This document shows positions 18,376 to 27,196 of a stretch of DNA of 39,033 nucleotides, piece by piece. Each line of letters begins with the position of its first letter. Position 1 is the stretch's first letter. The DNA comes from an uncultured bacterium (GTDB taxonomy: Bacteria; Chlamydiota; Chlamydiia; Chlamydiales; JAAKFR01), in assembly GCA_964643195.1 (NCBI GenBank), contig CAZXQV010000001.1, forward strand, positions 1-39,033, written 5' to 3'. The notes beneath the pieces are model-generated. The model saw only the letters and a program-made list of their open reading frames with translations, did not search any database and had not been told where the DNA came from. Both the position numbers and the translations under genes were made by a program.

Positions 18376-19284
18376 TTAAAAACGGATTTCGCCGATCACG
18401 CTTGCTTCAATAGAAGAGGCAAAGCCACCTTCTACAGTCAAAGCCATCTTTTCACAGTCAACTAGAGAGGCTCCCACCGCATATCCCCAATACTTGTTGG
18501 TTTTTAAGTCAACAAGTGTTGCTGAGTTTGGAATGCCAGGAGCTTGTACACCATCGCTTTGCAGCTTTGCACTGCCCAGGTAGGCCTTTGCTCCAGACCA
18601 ACGCACCGCCACATAAGGCACAAGCAAATTGATGCGGTGCGCAATCCCTAAGCCCACTTGCCAGTCAAGATACTTAATTCCATATCCACCAGCAGTAAAG
18701 TGTTGGCGGTAACGCTCATCCGTACCTACGTCGTTGTTATACTCATCATAAAACTGCAAAGTAGGACGAGACTGCAAGTACTGGAACTCAGCACCGACAG
18801 AAGTGCATCCACACTCCCAAATCGTACCGCGTGCTCCAATGCTCCAAGCAAAATTTGTATTAGTTGTTAGATGGAAAAGCGCGTCACCAGTCTGATTAAC
18901 AGGTGAGGGACCACTTGCTTGCCAAATACCTTGGTCACCCCAGAACTGGAGCTGTGTTGTTCCAAGAGTAGCGTAGATATCAAAGCGGTCCCAGAAGTTA
19001 CCTACTAAATAGGCCGCATTGCTGATCACACGTGTTGTATCCACGTCTTTACTCTCAGAATCATCCGTTTCCATATAACGGTTGAATTGGTAGTCTCCCC
19101 AAAATCCAAACCGTACGCTAAATGCGTCGCACCAAGTGAGGCAAGGATCACACATGTCACCACAGTGTCCCTCCCAGAAGATACCATCGCATAGCAAACT
19201 AGCAGCCGCTGGGTTCCCAACTGGCAACGCTTGCACAGCGCCGCAAGAGAGAACAGCCAACATTGTCATGAACTGTTTTTTCAT
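18376..19284 (-). CDS. MOMP-like (chlamydial major outer membrane protein family) cysteine-rich porin
   Basis: Signal peptide, then LPVGNPAAASLLCDGIFWEGHCGDMCDPCLTWCDAFSVRFGFWGDYQFNRYMETD. This closely parallels the Chlamydia MOMP N-terminus ([46 protein letters not shown]). There is a C-terminal Phe and alternating beta-strand pattern. Confidence 0.88.
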   Translation of the reverse strand: MKKQFMTMLAVLSCGAVQALPVGNPAAASLLCDGIFWEGHCGDMCDPCLTWCDAFSVRFGFWGDYQFNRYMETDDSESKDVDTTRVISNAAYLVGNFWDRFDIYATLGTTQLQFWGDQGIWQASGPSPVNQTGDALFHLTTNTNFAWSIGARGTIWECGCTSVGAEFQYLQSRPTLQFYDEYNNDVGTDERYRQHFTAGGYGIKYLDWQVGLGIAHRINLLVPYVAVRWSGAKAYLGSAKLQSDGVQAPGIPNSATLVDLKTNKYWGYAVGASLVDCEKMALTVEGGFASSIEASVIGEIRF

Positions 19285-19564
19285 CGCTTACCTCTAAACT
19301 AGTTTCGTATTTTCTTTAGTCCATTAATCATTCCCAGCGTCAACTCATCAACAGATTACATCCTACTTGATGATGGCGAAAGAGAGTTTACAATCGTCTA
19401 TAAAGCCTCTTTGGCTACTGTTGAATGAAAGCACTGAGTCCAATCATCCAGCACAATAGCAGAATGGTTTGTTTACAGCAAAGGTTGCGTTGAGTTTTTT
19501 TATGATCATTTCGAAGTATTTATCTGAGAATAGTTTGGATGTGTTTTATAGTCTATGCAGTTTG

Positions 19565-19713
19565 GATTGATAATTTTGCTTGCGCCAAAGCTCTCGGGCC
19601 TGAACGATCCTAAATGATTCAATGTTAAAAACATGTGTTCATTTAGGATCGTTCAGTCGGGAGACTTTAGCGTGGGTGAAACGCTGTAATAACTCACAAA
19701 TTGATTGGGTATA
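19565..19713. repeat. MITE-like repeat, degenerate copy C (core conserved, termini eroded)
   Basis: gcgccaaagctctcgggcctgaacgatcctaaatgattcaatgttaaaaacatgtgttcatttaggatcgttcagtcgggagactttagcgtgggtgaaacgctg aligns with the interior of copy A. The terminal 25-30 nt are only weakly recognisable. It abuts the stop of the OppA-like gene. Confidence 0.75.
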
Positions 19714-21261
19714 CTATCTTCTGGCCAGATTGGCATATTTGAAGTCGAGATCGCAGAGTTCAGAAATATAGACGTCATGCACATGTTCTTTCTTCAAGTA
19801 GCATGCAGTCGAATGATAAAGAGGCACAATCGGAAACTCCTGCAGCAAGAGTTCTTCAGCCTTCTTCAAATAATGCTCCCGCTCGTTCACATTCTCTTCA
19901 GCTTCGTCGAGTAGCGTGATAAAATCGGCACTTTCCCAGCCAGTATCATTATTGCCATATCCATTCTCATCATTGCGCTTGCGGTAAAGATCAAGAAGGC
20001 TTTTCGGGTCTAAAAGGTCGCTCACAAAGCCCCGCCCTCCCACCTGATAATCTCCTTTGGCTAAATGATCGAGAAAAACATTCCACTCATAGCTCTGTAA
20101 ATTGATTTTGATGCCGAAAGTCTCACTCCACTCTTGCTGCACAACCTGAGCTGTTTTCTGACTCTTCTCGCTCTTGCTGAAAATCAAAGAAATAGGAGGC
20201 ATCGTTTCTCGCGTCCATCCCTCTTCAGCAAGTGCTTGTTCAAAAAGTAGCTGGGCAAGCGTTGGGTTCCCAATCTCTGATTCCAAAATTGCAGAGGCAA
20301 AATCCTCTCCCATGCAAGGAGGAATCAGGCTTTTAGCCACGATCTGCCCCGCTTGTAATACATCATCAACAATCGCTTTGCGGTTGATCGCTAAAGCAAA
20401 CGCTTTGCGCATCTTGAGATTATGAAAAGGAGCTGCTGCGGTATTGAATTTATAGCAGAAGGTTCCAGCGATCGGCGTGATAAAGAGGTCGCTCCGCTCT
20501 TTCAATGTAGGTAATGCTTCAGGGGGAATACTCGAATTGGGAGAGCCAGCCCAGTCTAACTCGTTGTTTTCATACATGTTAAGTTCTGTATGTTCATCTT
20601 CGATCATTGTGATAACGATTTCTTCAAGTTGCACGGCATCCGCATCCCAATAGAGAGGATTTTTCTCCACAACCAGTTCGCTTGATTGCTCCCAATGGAC
20701 AAGCTGGAAAGGACCATTTGTTGCATCACCACCCATGTGGGGAATAGGTGCGCAGATCGGTTGAGCGATGAGTTGAAGAAAATAGGGCTGATGATGTTCG
20801 AGCTCAACGACCAATTTGTAAGGCCCTTCTGCCCACACAGCCACATCTTGAATTGGAATTTCGCCATTTTTGGCAGCCATAGCACCTTTAATCATAAAGA
20901 GGTGATAGGCGAGCTCTGCTGGAAAGTTGGGATGCAAGAGAGATTTCCAGGCAAATTCAAAGTCGTAAGCTGTTACAGCTGTTCCATCTGTCCAAACAGA
21001 GTGACGCAGCTCAAAAGTATAGAGTTTGCCTTTTTGCTCGACACTTTTTGCAACAGAGCAGACTGGGCCGTCCCTTGTCAGACGCATTAAACCATCATAG
21101 AGCATCTTCCCGGTAGTCATCGTAGGGATGTCGCGCACAAGGCGGGGATCTAAACTGGTCGGTTCACTATGAAAATTGAGTCGTAACTGCTGCTGTTTAG
21201 GAAGAGCAGAGTCCTTACAGCCAAGAATTAGGAGAAGAGGTAAAAGTAGAAGATATTTCAT
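19714..21261 (-). CDS. ABC transporter substrate-binding lipoprotein, family 5 (oligopeptide/dipeptide, OppA-like)
   Basis: Lipobox LLLILGC. It has the typical SBP-5 length (515 aa) and segments such as NPLYWD, ELNMYENNELDW, RKAFALAINR and GWxxD. Confidence 0.85.
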   Translation of the reverse strand: MKYLLLLPLLLILGCKDSALPKQQQLRLNFHSEPTSLDPRLVRDIPTMTTGKMLYDGLMRLTRDGPVCSVAKSVEQKGKLYTFELRHSVWTDGTAVTAYDFEFAWKSLLHPNFPAELAYHLFMIKGAMAAKNGEIPIQDVAVWAEGPYKLVVELEHHQPYFLQLIAQPICAPIPHMGGDATNGPFQLVHWEQSSELVVEKNPLYWDADAVQLEEIVITMIEDEHTELNMYENNELDWAGSPNSSIPPEALPTLKERSDLFITPIAGTFCYKFNTAAAPFHNLKMRKAFALAINRKAIVDDVLQAGQIVAKSLIPPCMGEDFASAILESEIGNPTLAQLLFEQALAEEGWTRETMPPISLIFSKSEKSQKTAQVVQQEWSETFGIKINLQSYEWNVFLDHLAKGDYQVGGRGFVSDLLDPKSLLDLYRKRNDENGYGNNDTGWESADFITLLDEAEENVNEREHYLKKAEELLLQEFPIVPLYHSTACYLKKEHVHDVYISELCDLDFKYANLARR

Positions 21262-21472
21262 TCTCGCGACAGTCTAGATGAGGTCAAGTTTTCAAACCAG
21301 AGAAATAAGATTATGATAACGATCGAATATAGACATCACTTTTATTCACGAAAATTAAACTCCCACCCCTAAAAAAGCAGCTGCTTTCAAATGGTTCTGA
21401 TAAGAGAGCATATAGGCGCGCCTATATTCAACAGTTGACAAAAGAGTCTTGATGTAAGATACTCTTCGCAAT

Positions 21473-23173
21473 ATGTTTAAAAAATCTTTGATTCTAACTT
21501 TTCTCTTGCCTGTAGCCTTACTTGCAGCCCCTTCAAAACGGCGGATGCTCGATGAACTCAACTTTGTCAAGGGAGTTTTTGAAATTAAATACGCTCCCTT
21601 AAAGTGGAAAGAGGAATATGCAGGTTTCAATTTAGACCAGAAGATTGGGGAAGCCGTATCGCGTATTCATGCCTTGCCCTCTCCCGATTTGAAAGAGTAT
21701 CACTATATTCTAAAGAATTTCTTCAATGAAACAAAAGATTACCATGTGGGAGTCAGTTTCTATGCGACTGAAGAGGCATCGCTTCCTTTTCAGGTCAAAG
21801 GAGCTGAAGGTCGGTTCTTTTTTGTTGATATCGATCGCCTCTGCTTGCCCCTTTCTGAGTTTCCTTTTAGCGTCGGTGATGAGATCTTGCTTTTTGATGG
21901 AAGGCCTATTCAAGAAGTAATTGAGGAACTGCGCAAGCAGGAGCTTGGAGAGAACACAGAGAAGACTGACCTCGGATTGGCTGAAATGCTATTAACGAAT
22001 AGACGAGCAGCACATGGCCAATATGTTCCTTCGGGTCTTGTTCAGATTGTTGGTCAACGTCAAGGCGCTTCTAAACCACAAGCTGTAGATCTTGAATGGT
22101 TTTACTATCCAGAGCGCATCCAAGGTTTTGATCCAGTCATACGCTGCAGCCCCGATTTTTCTAAATGGCGGCTCAATCCGCGTGAATCGGTGAAGGCGGA
22201 GAAGTTTTTTGAGCGTTTGATGCTTTTTAGAGGGTGGCAGGGTTCACATGTAGGCTGTTCTCTTTCAGAAAATAAACATGCTCTTGGAGCGCGCGTCAGT
22301 TTCATTCCGAGATTGGGAAAAAAGGTTTGGTCTTCACCCAAAGATTCTATATTTGATGCCTATACTTTCACTGCATGTAACCATAAATTTGGTTATATCC
22401 GCATTCCTCATTACATGGGTGATGAAGAAGAGATCGAAGAGTTTTGTAAAATTATGAAGCAATTTCAACGGACTACAGAGGCTCTTGTCATCGACCAGAT
22501 TAATAATCCGGGGGGGTCGATCTTCTATCTCTATGCGCTTGTAGCGGCGCTCACTGACAAAGTGCAAGTCGAAGCGCCCAAGCATCGCTTGATGTTGACC
22601 CAAGAAGAGGTTTACATGGCCATCTCGATTCTTGACGCGCTTGAAGGAGTGGAATTGCTCTCAGACGCAAAAGCAGTGCTTGGAGAAACTTTGGGGGGCT
22701 ATCCGATTTCTCTAGAGACACTCTCCCTGATGCGCCAATTTTGCAATTTTGTTTTGGATCAGTGGGCACAGGGTAAAGTGTTTACAGAGCCAACCCATCT
22801 CTTCGGCGTCGACAAAATTAAAAAGCATCCTCTTGGAAACTATTCAAAACCTGTGCTTCTTTTGACCAATTCTCTAGATTTTTCCGGAGGGGATTTCTTT
22901 CCTGCCATGCTGCAGGATTCGAAGAGGGCTACCATTTTGGGAACGCGCACGGCAGGAGCTGGGGGGTATGTCACCGGGACCGTCTATCCCAATAACACGG
23001 CTGTTGCAGGCTTTCATTTGACCGGTTCTATTGCTGAGCGTATCAATAAACAGCCGATTGAGAATTTGGGTGTCCTGCCAGACATTGAGTATGAGCCAAC
23101 TGCTTTTGATATGCAGCATAACTACTCCGAATATGCCCAGAAAATCATTGATACTCTTCTAAAGATTATCTAA
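21473..23173 (+). CDS. CPAF-like secreted S41-type serine protease (chlamydial protease-like activity factor homolog)
   Basis: Signal peptide, then FEIKYAPLKWKEEYAGFNL, DYHVGVSFYATEEASLPFQVK-AEGRFFFVDI, ALVIDQINNPGGSIFYLYAL, APKHRLMLTQEEV, DFSGGDFFP (the Ser in the CPAF S499 context) and GTRTAGAGGYV. All parallel C. trachomatis CPAF. Confidence 0.88.
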   Translation: MFKKSLILTFLLPVALLAAPSKRRMLDELNFVKGVFEIKYAPLKWKEEYAGFNLDQKIGEAVSRIHALPSPDLKEYHYILKNFFNETKDYHVGVSFYATEEASLPFQVKGAEGRFFFVDIDRLCLPLSEFPFSVGDEILLFDGRPIQEVIEELRKQELGENTEKTDLGLAEMLLTNRRAAHGQYVPSGLVQIVGQRQGASKPQAVDLEWFYYPERIQGFDPVIRCSPDFSKWRLNPRESVKAEKFFERLMLFRGWQGSHVGCSLSENKHALGARVSFIPRLGKKVWSSPKDSIFDAYTFTACNHKFGYIRIPHYMGDEEEIEEFCKIMKQFQRTTEALVIDQINNPGGSIFYLYALVAALTDKVQVEAPKHRLMLTQEEVYMAISILDALEGVELLSDAKAVLGETLGGYPISLETLSLMRQFCNFVLDQWAQGKVFTEPTHLFGVDKIKKHPLGNYSKPVLLLTNSLDFSGGDFFPAMLQDSKRATILGTRTAGAGGYVTGTVYPNNTAVAGFHLTGSIAERINKQPIENLGVLPDIEYEPTAFDMQHNYSEYAQKIIDTLLKII

Positions 23174-23186
23174 GCTTTGCTCACTT

Positions 23187-24110
23187 ATGAAATTACTATT
23201 AGCTCAGCCTAGAGGTTTTTGTGCAGGAGTCGTACGTGCGATTGAGATTGTAGAACGCGCTCTTGAACTTTATGGCGCTCCTATCTATGTTAAACATGAG
23301 ATCGTGCACAACCGTCACGTCGTTGATAGGTTGCGTAAAATGGGCGCCATTTTCGTCGATGATTTAAAGGAGGTTCCTGAAGGGGAGAGGATTATTTATT
23401 CCGCCCATGGTGTCTCTCCACAAGTGCGTCATCAGGCGAAAGAGCGCTCCCTCATTGAGATTGATGCTACATGTGGTCTTGTTACGAAGGTGCACTCAGC
23501 AGCTAAGCGGTTTGCTTCCAAAGGTCGTCACATCATTTTGATTGGTCATAAGGATCATGTTGAGACGATAGGGACAGCGGGAGAGGTGCCAGAACAAACA
23601 ACGATTGTGGAAGATGTAGGTGATGTAGAAAAGCTTGAATTTCCTCCTGATGCTCATCTCGCCTATTTAACGCAGACGACTTTAAGTCTCGATGATGTAG
23701 CTGAGATGGTAGCTGCTCTTAAGAAAAGGTTCCCCAAGATTGAGACACTGCCGAGCTCATCGATCTGTTTTGCGACTACGAATCGGCAGATGGCTCTCCA
23801 TTCGATTGCAGAAAGTACAGATCTTGTTTTGGTCATTGGTGACCCCATGAGCTCAAATTCGAATAGGCTTTGTGAGGTCGCTCATAAAAGGGGAGTCCCA
23901 GCTTACCTTGTGAATCATGAGAGTGAGATCGATCCTTCATGGTTTTCAGGAGTTTCAGTGATCGGATTGACTGCTGGAGCTTCTACCCCTGAAGAAATTG
24001 TGCAGTGCTGTATTGACAAACTAAAGGCATTCGGTGTAACAGAAGTAGAGGATGTGGTCTATACGCGTGAAGACGTGGTCTTCCAGTTGCCCTCCGCCCT
24101 ACAAAGATGA
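23187..24110 (+). CDS. ispH: 4-hydroxy-3-methylbut-2-enyl diphosphate reductase
   Basis: LAQPRGFCAGVVRAI, HEIVHN, SAHGVSP, DATCGLVTKVH, the equivalent of SSICFATTNRQ, and SNSNRL motifs of IspH/LytB. Confidence 0.95.
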   Translation: MKLLLAQPRGFCAGVVRAIEIVERALELYGAPIYVKHEIVHNRHVVDRLRKMGAIFVDDLKEVPEGERIIYSAHGVSPQVRHQAKERSLIEIDATCGLVTKVHSAAKRFASKGRHIILIGHKDHVETIGTAGEVPEQTTIVEDVGDVEKLEFPPDAHLAYLTQTTLSLDDVAEMVAALKKRFPKIETLPSSSICFATTNRQMALHSIAESTDLVLVIGDPMSSNSNRLCEVAHKRGVPAYLVNHESEIDPSWFSGVSVIGLTAGASTPEEIVQCCIDKLKAFGVTEVEDVVYTREDVVFQLPSALQR

Positions 24111-25063
24111 AAAAAGCACTGCTTGGCAACTACAAAAATCCTCACGAGAGGCGAATCCTTCGCGGATTTACCCATTTTCTCCTTTGGCAGATTGGGTATT
24201 ACAATGATCCTTATCCACAAGAGCCGCCCCCTTCAGATTTTTCCTTTCCAAATCCCCAAGATGACGTAGATTATAACAAACCACTCGCGACATGGATTAA
24301 CCACTCCACTTTTTGGATTCGCGGGTGTGGTAAAGACTTTTTGGTAGATCCGATCTGGAATGAACGCTGCAGCCCTTTTAATTTTATCGGACCCAAACGT
24401 CGGCATCAGCCTCCTATTAAGTTGGATGGATTTGCAAAACTAGATTATGTGATCATCACTCATAACCATTATGATCACATGGATAGGCCAACTATTTTGA
24501 AACTGTATGCGCTTTATCCCCATATTTGCTGGATTATTCCAAAGGGTGTGGAGAGCTGGTTTAAACGCCACTTGCCAAAGGCTAAAAGATTGGAACTGGA
24601 TTGGTGGCAGTCCCAGTGTGATGATGGTGTGCGTTTTACAGCTGTTCCAGCTCAGCATTTTTCAGGAAGAGGACTCTTTGATCGCAATCGTACAGTTTGG
24701 ATGGGGGTGGTGGCTGAGATTGGTGGTAAGCAGATTTATTTTGCTGGAGATACTGGCTACAACGATGCAGATTTCAAGGAGATTGGAGAGAAGTTTGGGA
24801 AGATGGATCTCTCACTCATTCCGATTGGAGCCTATGCACCACGACGTTTTATGAAGAGTGTGCATATCAATCCGGATGATGCAGTGCAGATTCACCAGGA
24901 GGTGAAGTCGAAGCAAAGTCTAGGAGGGCATTGGTGGACATTCCGTCTTTCAGTAGAGATTCCAGATAGGCCGCCTTATGATCTTTTTTCAGCACTCGAA
25001 AAGCGGGGGATTGACCCTCTTGCCTTTCGAGTTGTAGAACCCGGCGATTCCATTAATTGGTAG
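24107..25063 (+). CDS. metallo-beta-lactamase-fold hydrolase (NAPE-PLD-like)
   Basis: HNHYDHMD (HxHxDH) zinc motif, then later GDTGY and H residues. There is a 4-nt overlap with the ispH stop. Confidence 0.75.
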   Translation: MKKALLGNYKNPHERRILRGFTHFLLWQIGYYNDPYPQEPPPSDFSFPNPQDDVDYNKPLATWINHSTFWIRGCGKDFLVDPIWNERCSPFNFIGPKRRHQPPIKLDGFAKLDYVIITHNHYDHMDRPTILKLYALYPHICWIIPKGVESWFKRHLPKAKRLELDWWQSQCDDGVRFTAVPAQHFSGRGLFDRNRTVWMGVVAEIGGKQIYFAGDTGYNDADFKEIGEKFGKMDLSLIPIGAYAPRRFMKSVHINPDDAVQIHQEVKSKQSLGGHWWTFRLSVEIPDRPPYDLFSALEKRGIDPLAFRVVEPGDSINW

Positions 25064-25132
25064 CTTGGAAAGGACCCTTTATCCATGCAAAAATTTGATT
25101 TTTTAATTATATGATTCTATATACTGATCTTT

Positions 25133-25726
25133 ATGATCATTCTACTCAACCTCAGGGTCACCCTTTACCGTCTTGCACATTTCATCCACACACTCTTTTG
25201 CTATTATCCCAAATTTCTCTCGACTGACCTTAGAATGGCCTCTCAATATTTTTTGCGTGGGCCTTATAAGTTGACAGAAGAATACGGGGAAACCCCTCTC
25301 GCTACTCTCGATAAAATAGCACGTGAATTTCGAATACTTTCAAAAGATACAGTTCTAGAGCTCGGCTGTGGGACTGGTCGGACTTGTTTGTGGCTACGCT
25401 CTTTTATCGGTTGTCGTGTAATTGGCGTTGATCATTCAAAAGCTTTGATTCAAAAAGCTCAACGCTTGGGCTCTGCTGTGGAATTCCGCTGTGAAGATAT
25501 ACTGAAGACAGAGCTCAATGCTAATATTCTCTATTTTTATGGAACTTCATTTTCCGATGATTTTATTAGAAAGTTGACCAAGCGCATCAAGGATCAAAAG
25601 GTGATCACAGTGAGTTTTCCTCTCTGTGATTATGACAAACGCTTTCGTATTGAGAAAACAATCACAGGCAGCTTTCCTTGGGGAAAAACAGAAATTTACT
25701 TAAATGTAGTTCAAGAGTATAGCTGA
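25133..25726 (+). CDS. class I SAM-dependent methyltransferase
   Basis: Motif I VLELGCGTGRT, then GVDHS. The start is uncertain (ATG 25133 or ATG 25235). The last three codons, tat-agc-tga, lie inside repeat copy D. Confidence 0.7.
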   Translation: MIILLNLRVTLYRLAHFIHTLFCYYPKFLSTDLRMASQYFLRGPYKLTEEYGETPLATLDKIAREFRILSKDTVLELGCGTGRTCLWLRSFIGCRVIGVDHSKALIQKAQRLGSAVEFRCEDILKTELNANILYFYGTSFSDDFIRKLTKRIKDQKVITVSFPLCDYDKRFRIEKTITGSFPWGKTEIYLNVVQEYS

Positions 25727-25882
25727 ATCAGTAGAAAATTGCAGCGTTTCACCCACGCGAAAGTCTCGCGACTGAGCGATCCTAAATGACCCAATGTTAG
25801 GAACATGGGGTGATTTAGGATCGCTCAGTCGCGAGAGCTTTGGCGCGGTCAAACACTGCAATTTTGTACTGATTCAGCTATA
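25718..25882. repeat. 165-bp palindromic MITE-like repeat, full copy D
   Basis: Same termini as copy A (2 mismatches in the left TIR). The arms are swapped relative to copy A, while the central loop keeps the same orientation. It sits between two convergent genes, both of which end inside its termini. Confidence 0.92.
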
Positions 25883-27196
25883 GAGCTGACGAACAAGATC
25901 CTGCTCCATGCGCAGCAGTTGTGCTAAAATCTCATTCCAATTTTTGAACTCGCGTGTGCGCTCGTCAATCGTCCGTGTGCTCTCCTCTCCCTCTGTTCTG
26001 TGTAGGCTAGATTTATGTTCCGCCCAGGAACGCTCGCCTTCGCAGAAGCTAGACTGAACCTGACCCATCGCCTTATTCATCTCAGACATCGAGAAGCACA
26101 TCTTGCTAAGATTATCGAAGACTTTCGCACGTTTCATCCCCTCAAAACCACTATAGACCATTTTCAACTTATCCAGGATAAAATCTCCGCCGACGTGACC
26201 GATGATCGGCAACGCTCCAGAAACCAAACCGAGTACGCCTGCTCCTACACCTGCAAAAAGAAGCAATTTCGCTTGGCTTTTATACTGTTTGACAACACTC
26301 TCCATCCAGACGATTTGGTAGTGCCTCTCCTCGAGTCTTGAAGTGCGCTCCTGATGGTTGTCTTCCACTTCAAGCTTCATCAGCTCGATGAAAAGCAGCA
26401 TCACATCGAAATGAGAGACACGCACTCCAAAGAATCCTGATAGATCGGAATCTTGCATCATCGTGCGCAAGAAACTTTCAAAATCGGCGTTCTTGTTCGG
26501 CTGAAAACGTCTCTCCGCTACGCGCTCTACTTTCTCTGATCCAACGATCTTATTCTTTTTGTCCCGTTTGAAATTGCGCTTTTTATGTGGTGATTGTTCA
26601 GGATCCTTATTCAATCTGTGAAAGGGGCTATTTTCAGTAGATTGATTCTGAAGAGGCTGATCAGTTATTCCCCGTCTAGAAGTGCCCTTTTCTTCAGCTA
26701 TTCTGCTCTTTTCATGACGCAAACTACTCATCTGAGAGGGTGGTACAGTTTGAGATTTACCCAAGTTGGGCTGCGTAGATTGTTTTGCGACTTCAAAAGA
26801 GCGAGGTTCCCTATTCTCTTTTCCTAAGGACATTTTAGGGGGGTGGTCGGATTTAGAGGTGTGCGTTTTCGTTGAAATCTTTGAATCCTGGTCACTATGA
26901 ACTAACTCCACTTTAGAAGTTTTGGTTTCTTCAGATTTTGCTTCAGAGTTCTTCATCAGATCACTCTTAGAGTATTCCCTACTCTCTTTTTTCTCAGAAG
27001 TCCGCTCTTTACCGCCTTCTTGCTCGTTATCGATTCCAAAAGGGCGGCGTAGTACATCTTTTTGTTGGGGCGTAGGATTGCAAGTTATGATAATCGTTTG
27101 TGCTAGCACAGTCACCATGATCTCTGCAGGAGTGCGCACCCCTCCTTCTGGTGAAGGAGATGTAAGTTGTTGTGTTTGAGCTGTTTCTGTTATCAT
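25874..27196 (-). CDS. copD: T3S translocator, CopD/YopD-like (single central TM, C-terminal amphipathic/coiled region)
   Basis: Last gene of the chaperone-translocator operon. The N-terminal half is long, hydrophilic and low-complexity. There is one hydrophobic segment, LLLFAGVGAGVLGLVSGALPIIG, then a predicted helical tail. ATGA overlap with the upstream gene. The assignment rests on architecture and position, not sequence identity. Confidence 0.65.
   Translation of the reverse strand: MITETAQTQQLTSPSPEGGVRTPAEIMVTVLAQTIIITCNPTPQQKDVLRRPFGIDNEQEGGKERTSEKKESREYSKSDLMKNSEAKSEETKTSKVELVHSDQDSKISTKTHTSKSDHPPKMSLGKENREPRSFEVAKQSTQPNLGKSQTVPPSQMSSLRHEKSRIAEEKGTSRRGITDQPLQNQSTENSPFHRLNKDPEQSPHKKRNFKRDKKNKIVGSEKVERVAERRFQPNKNADFESFLRTMMQDSDLSGFFGVRVSHFDVMLLFIELMKLEVEDNHQERTSRLEERHYQIVWMESVVKQYKSQAKLLLFAGVGAGVLGLVSGALPIIGHVGGDFILDKLKMVYSGFEGMKRAKVFDNLSKMCFSMSEMNKAMGQVQSSFCEGERSWAEHKSSLHRTEGEESTRTIDERTREFKNWNEILAQLLRMEQDLVRQLYS

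Noticed and set aside
21355-21630. 91-aa minus-strand ORF upstream of, and overlapping, the CPAF-like gene
   Set aside because: It overlaps the CPAF signal-peptide region antisense and lies in the divergent promoter region. There is no SD or motif.
14626-25882. Possibility that the recurring repeat is a CRISPR array
   Set aside because: The copies are 3-6 kb apart and separated by normal genes. They are 165 bp long and fully palindromic, and they occur in both arm orders. There are no regular spacers and no cas genes.
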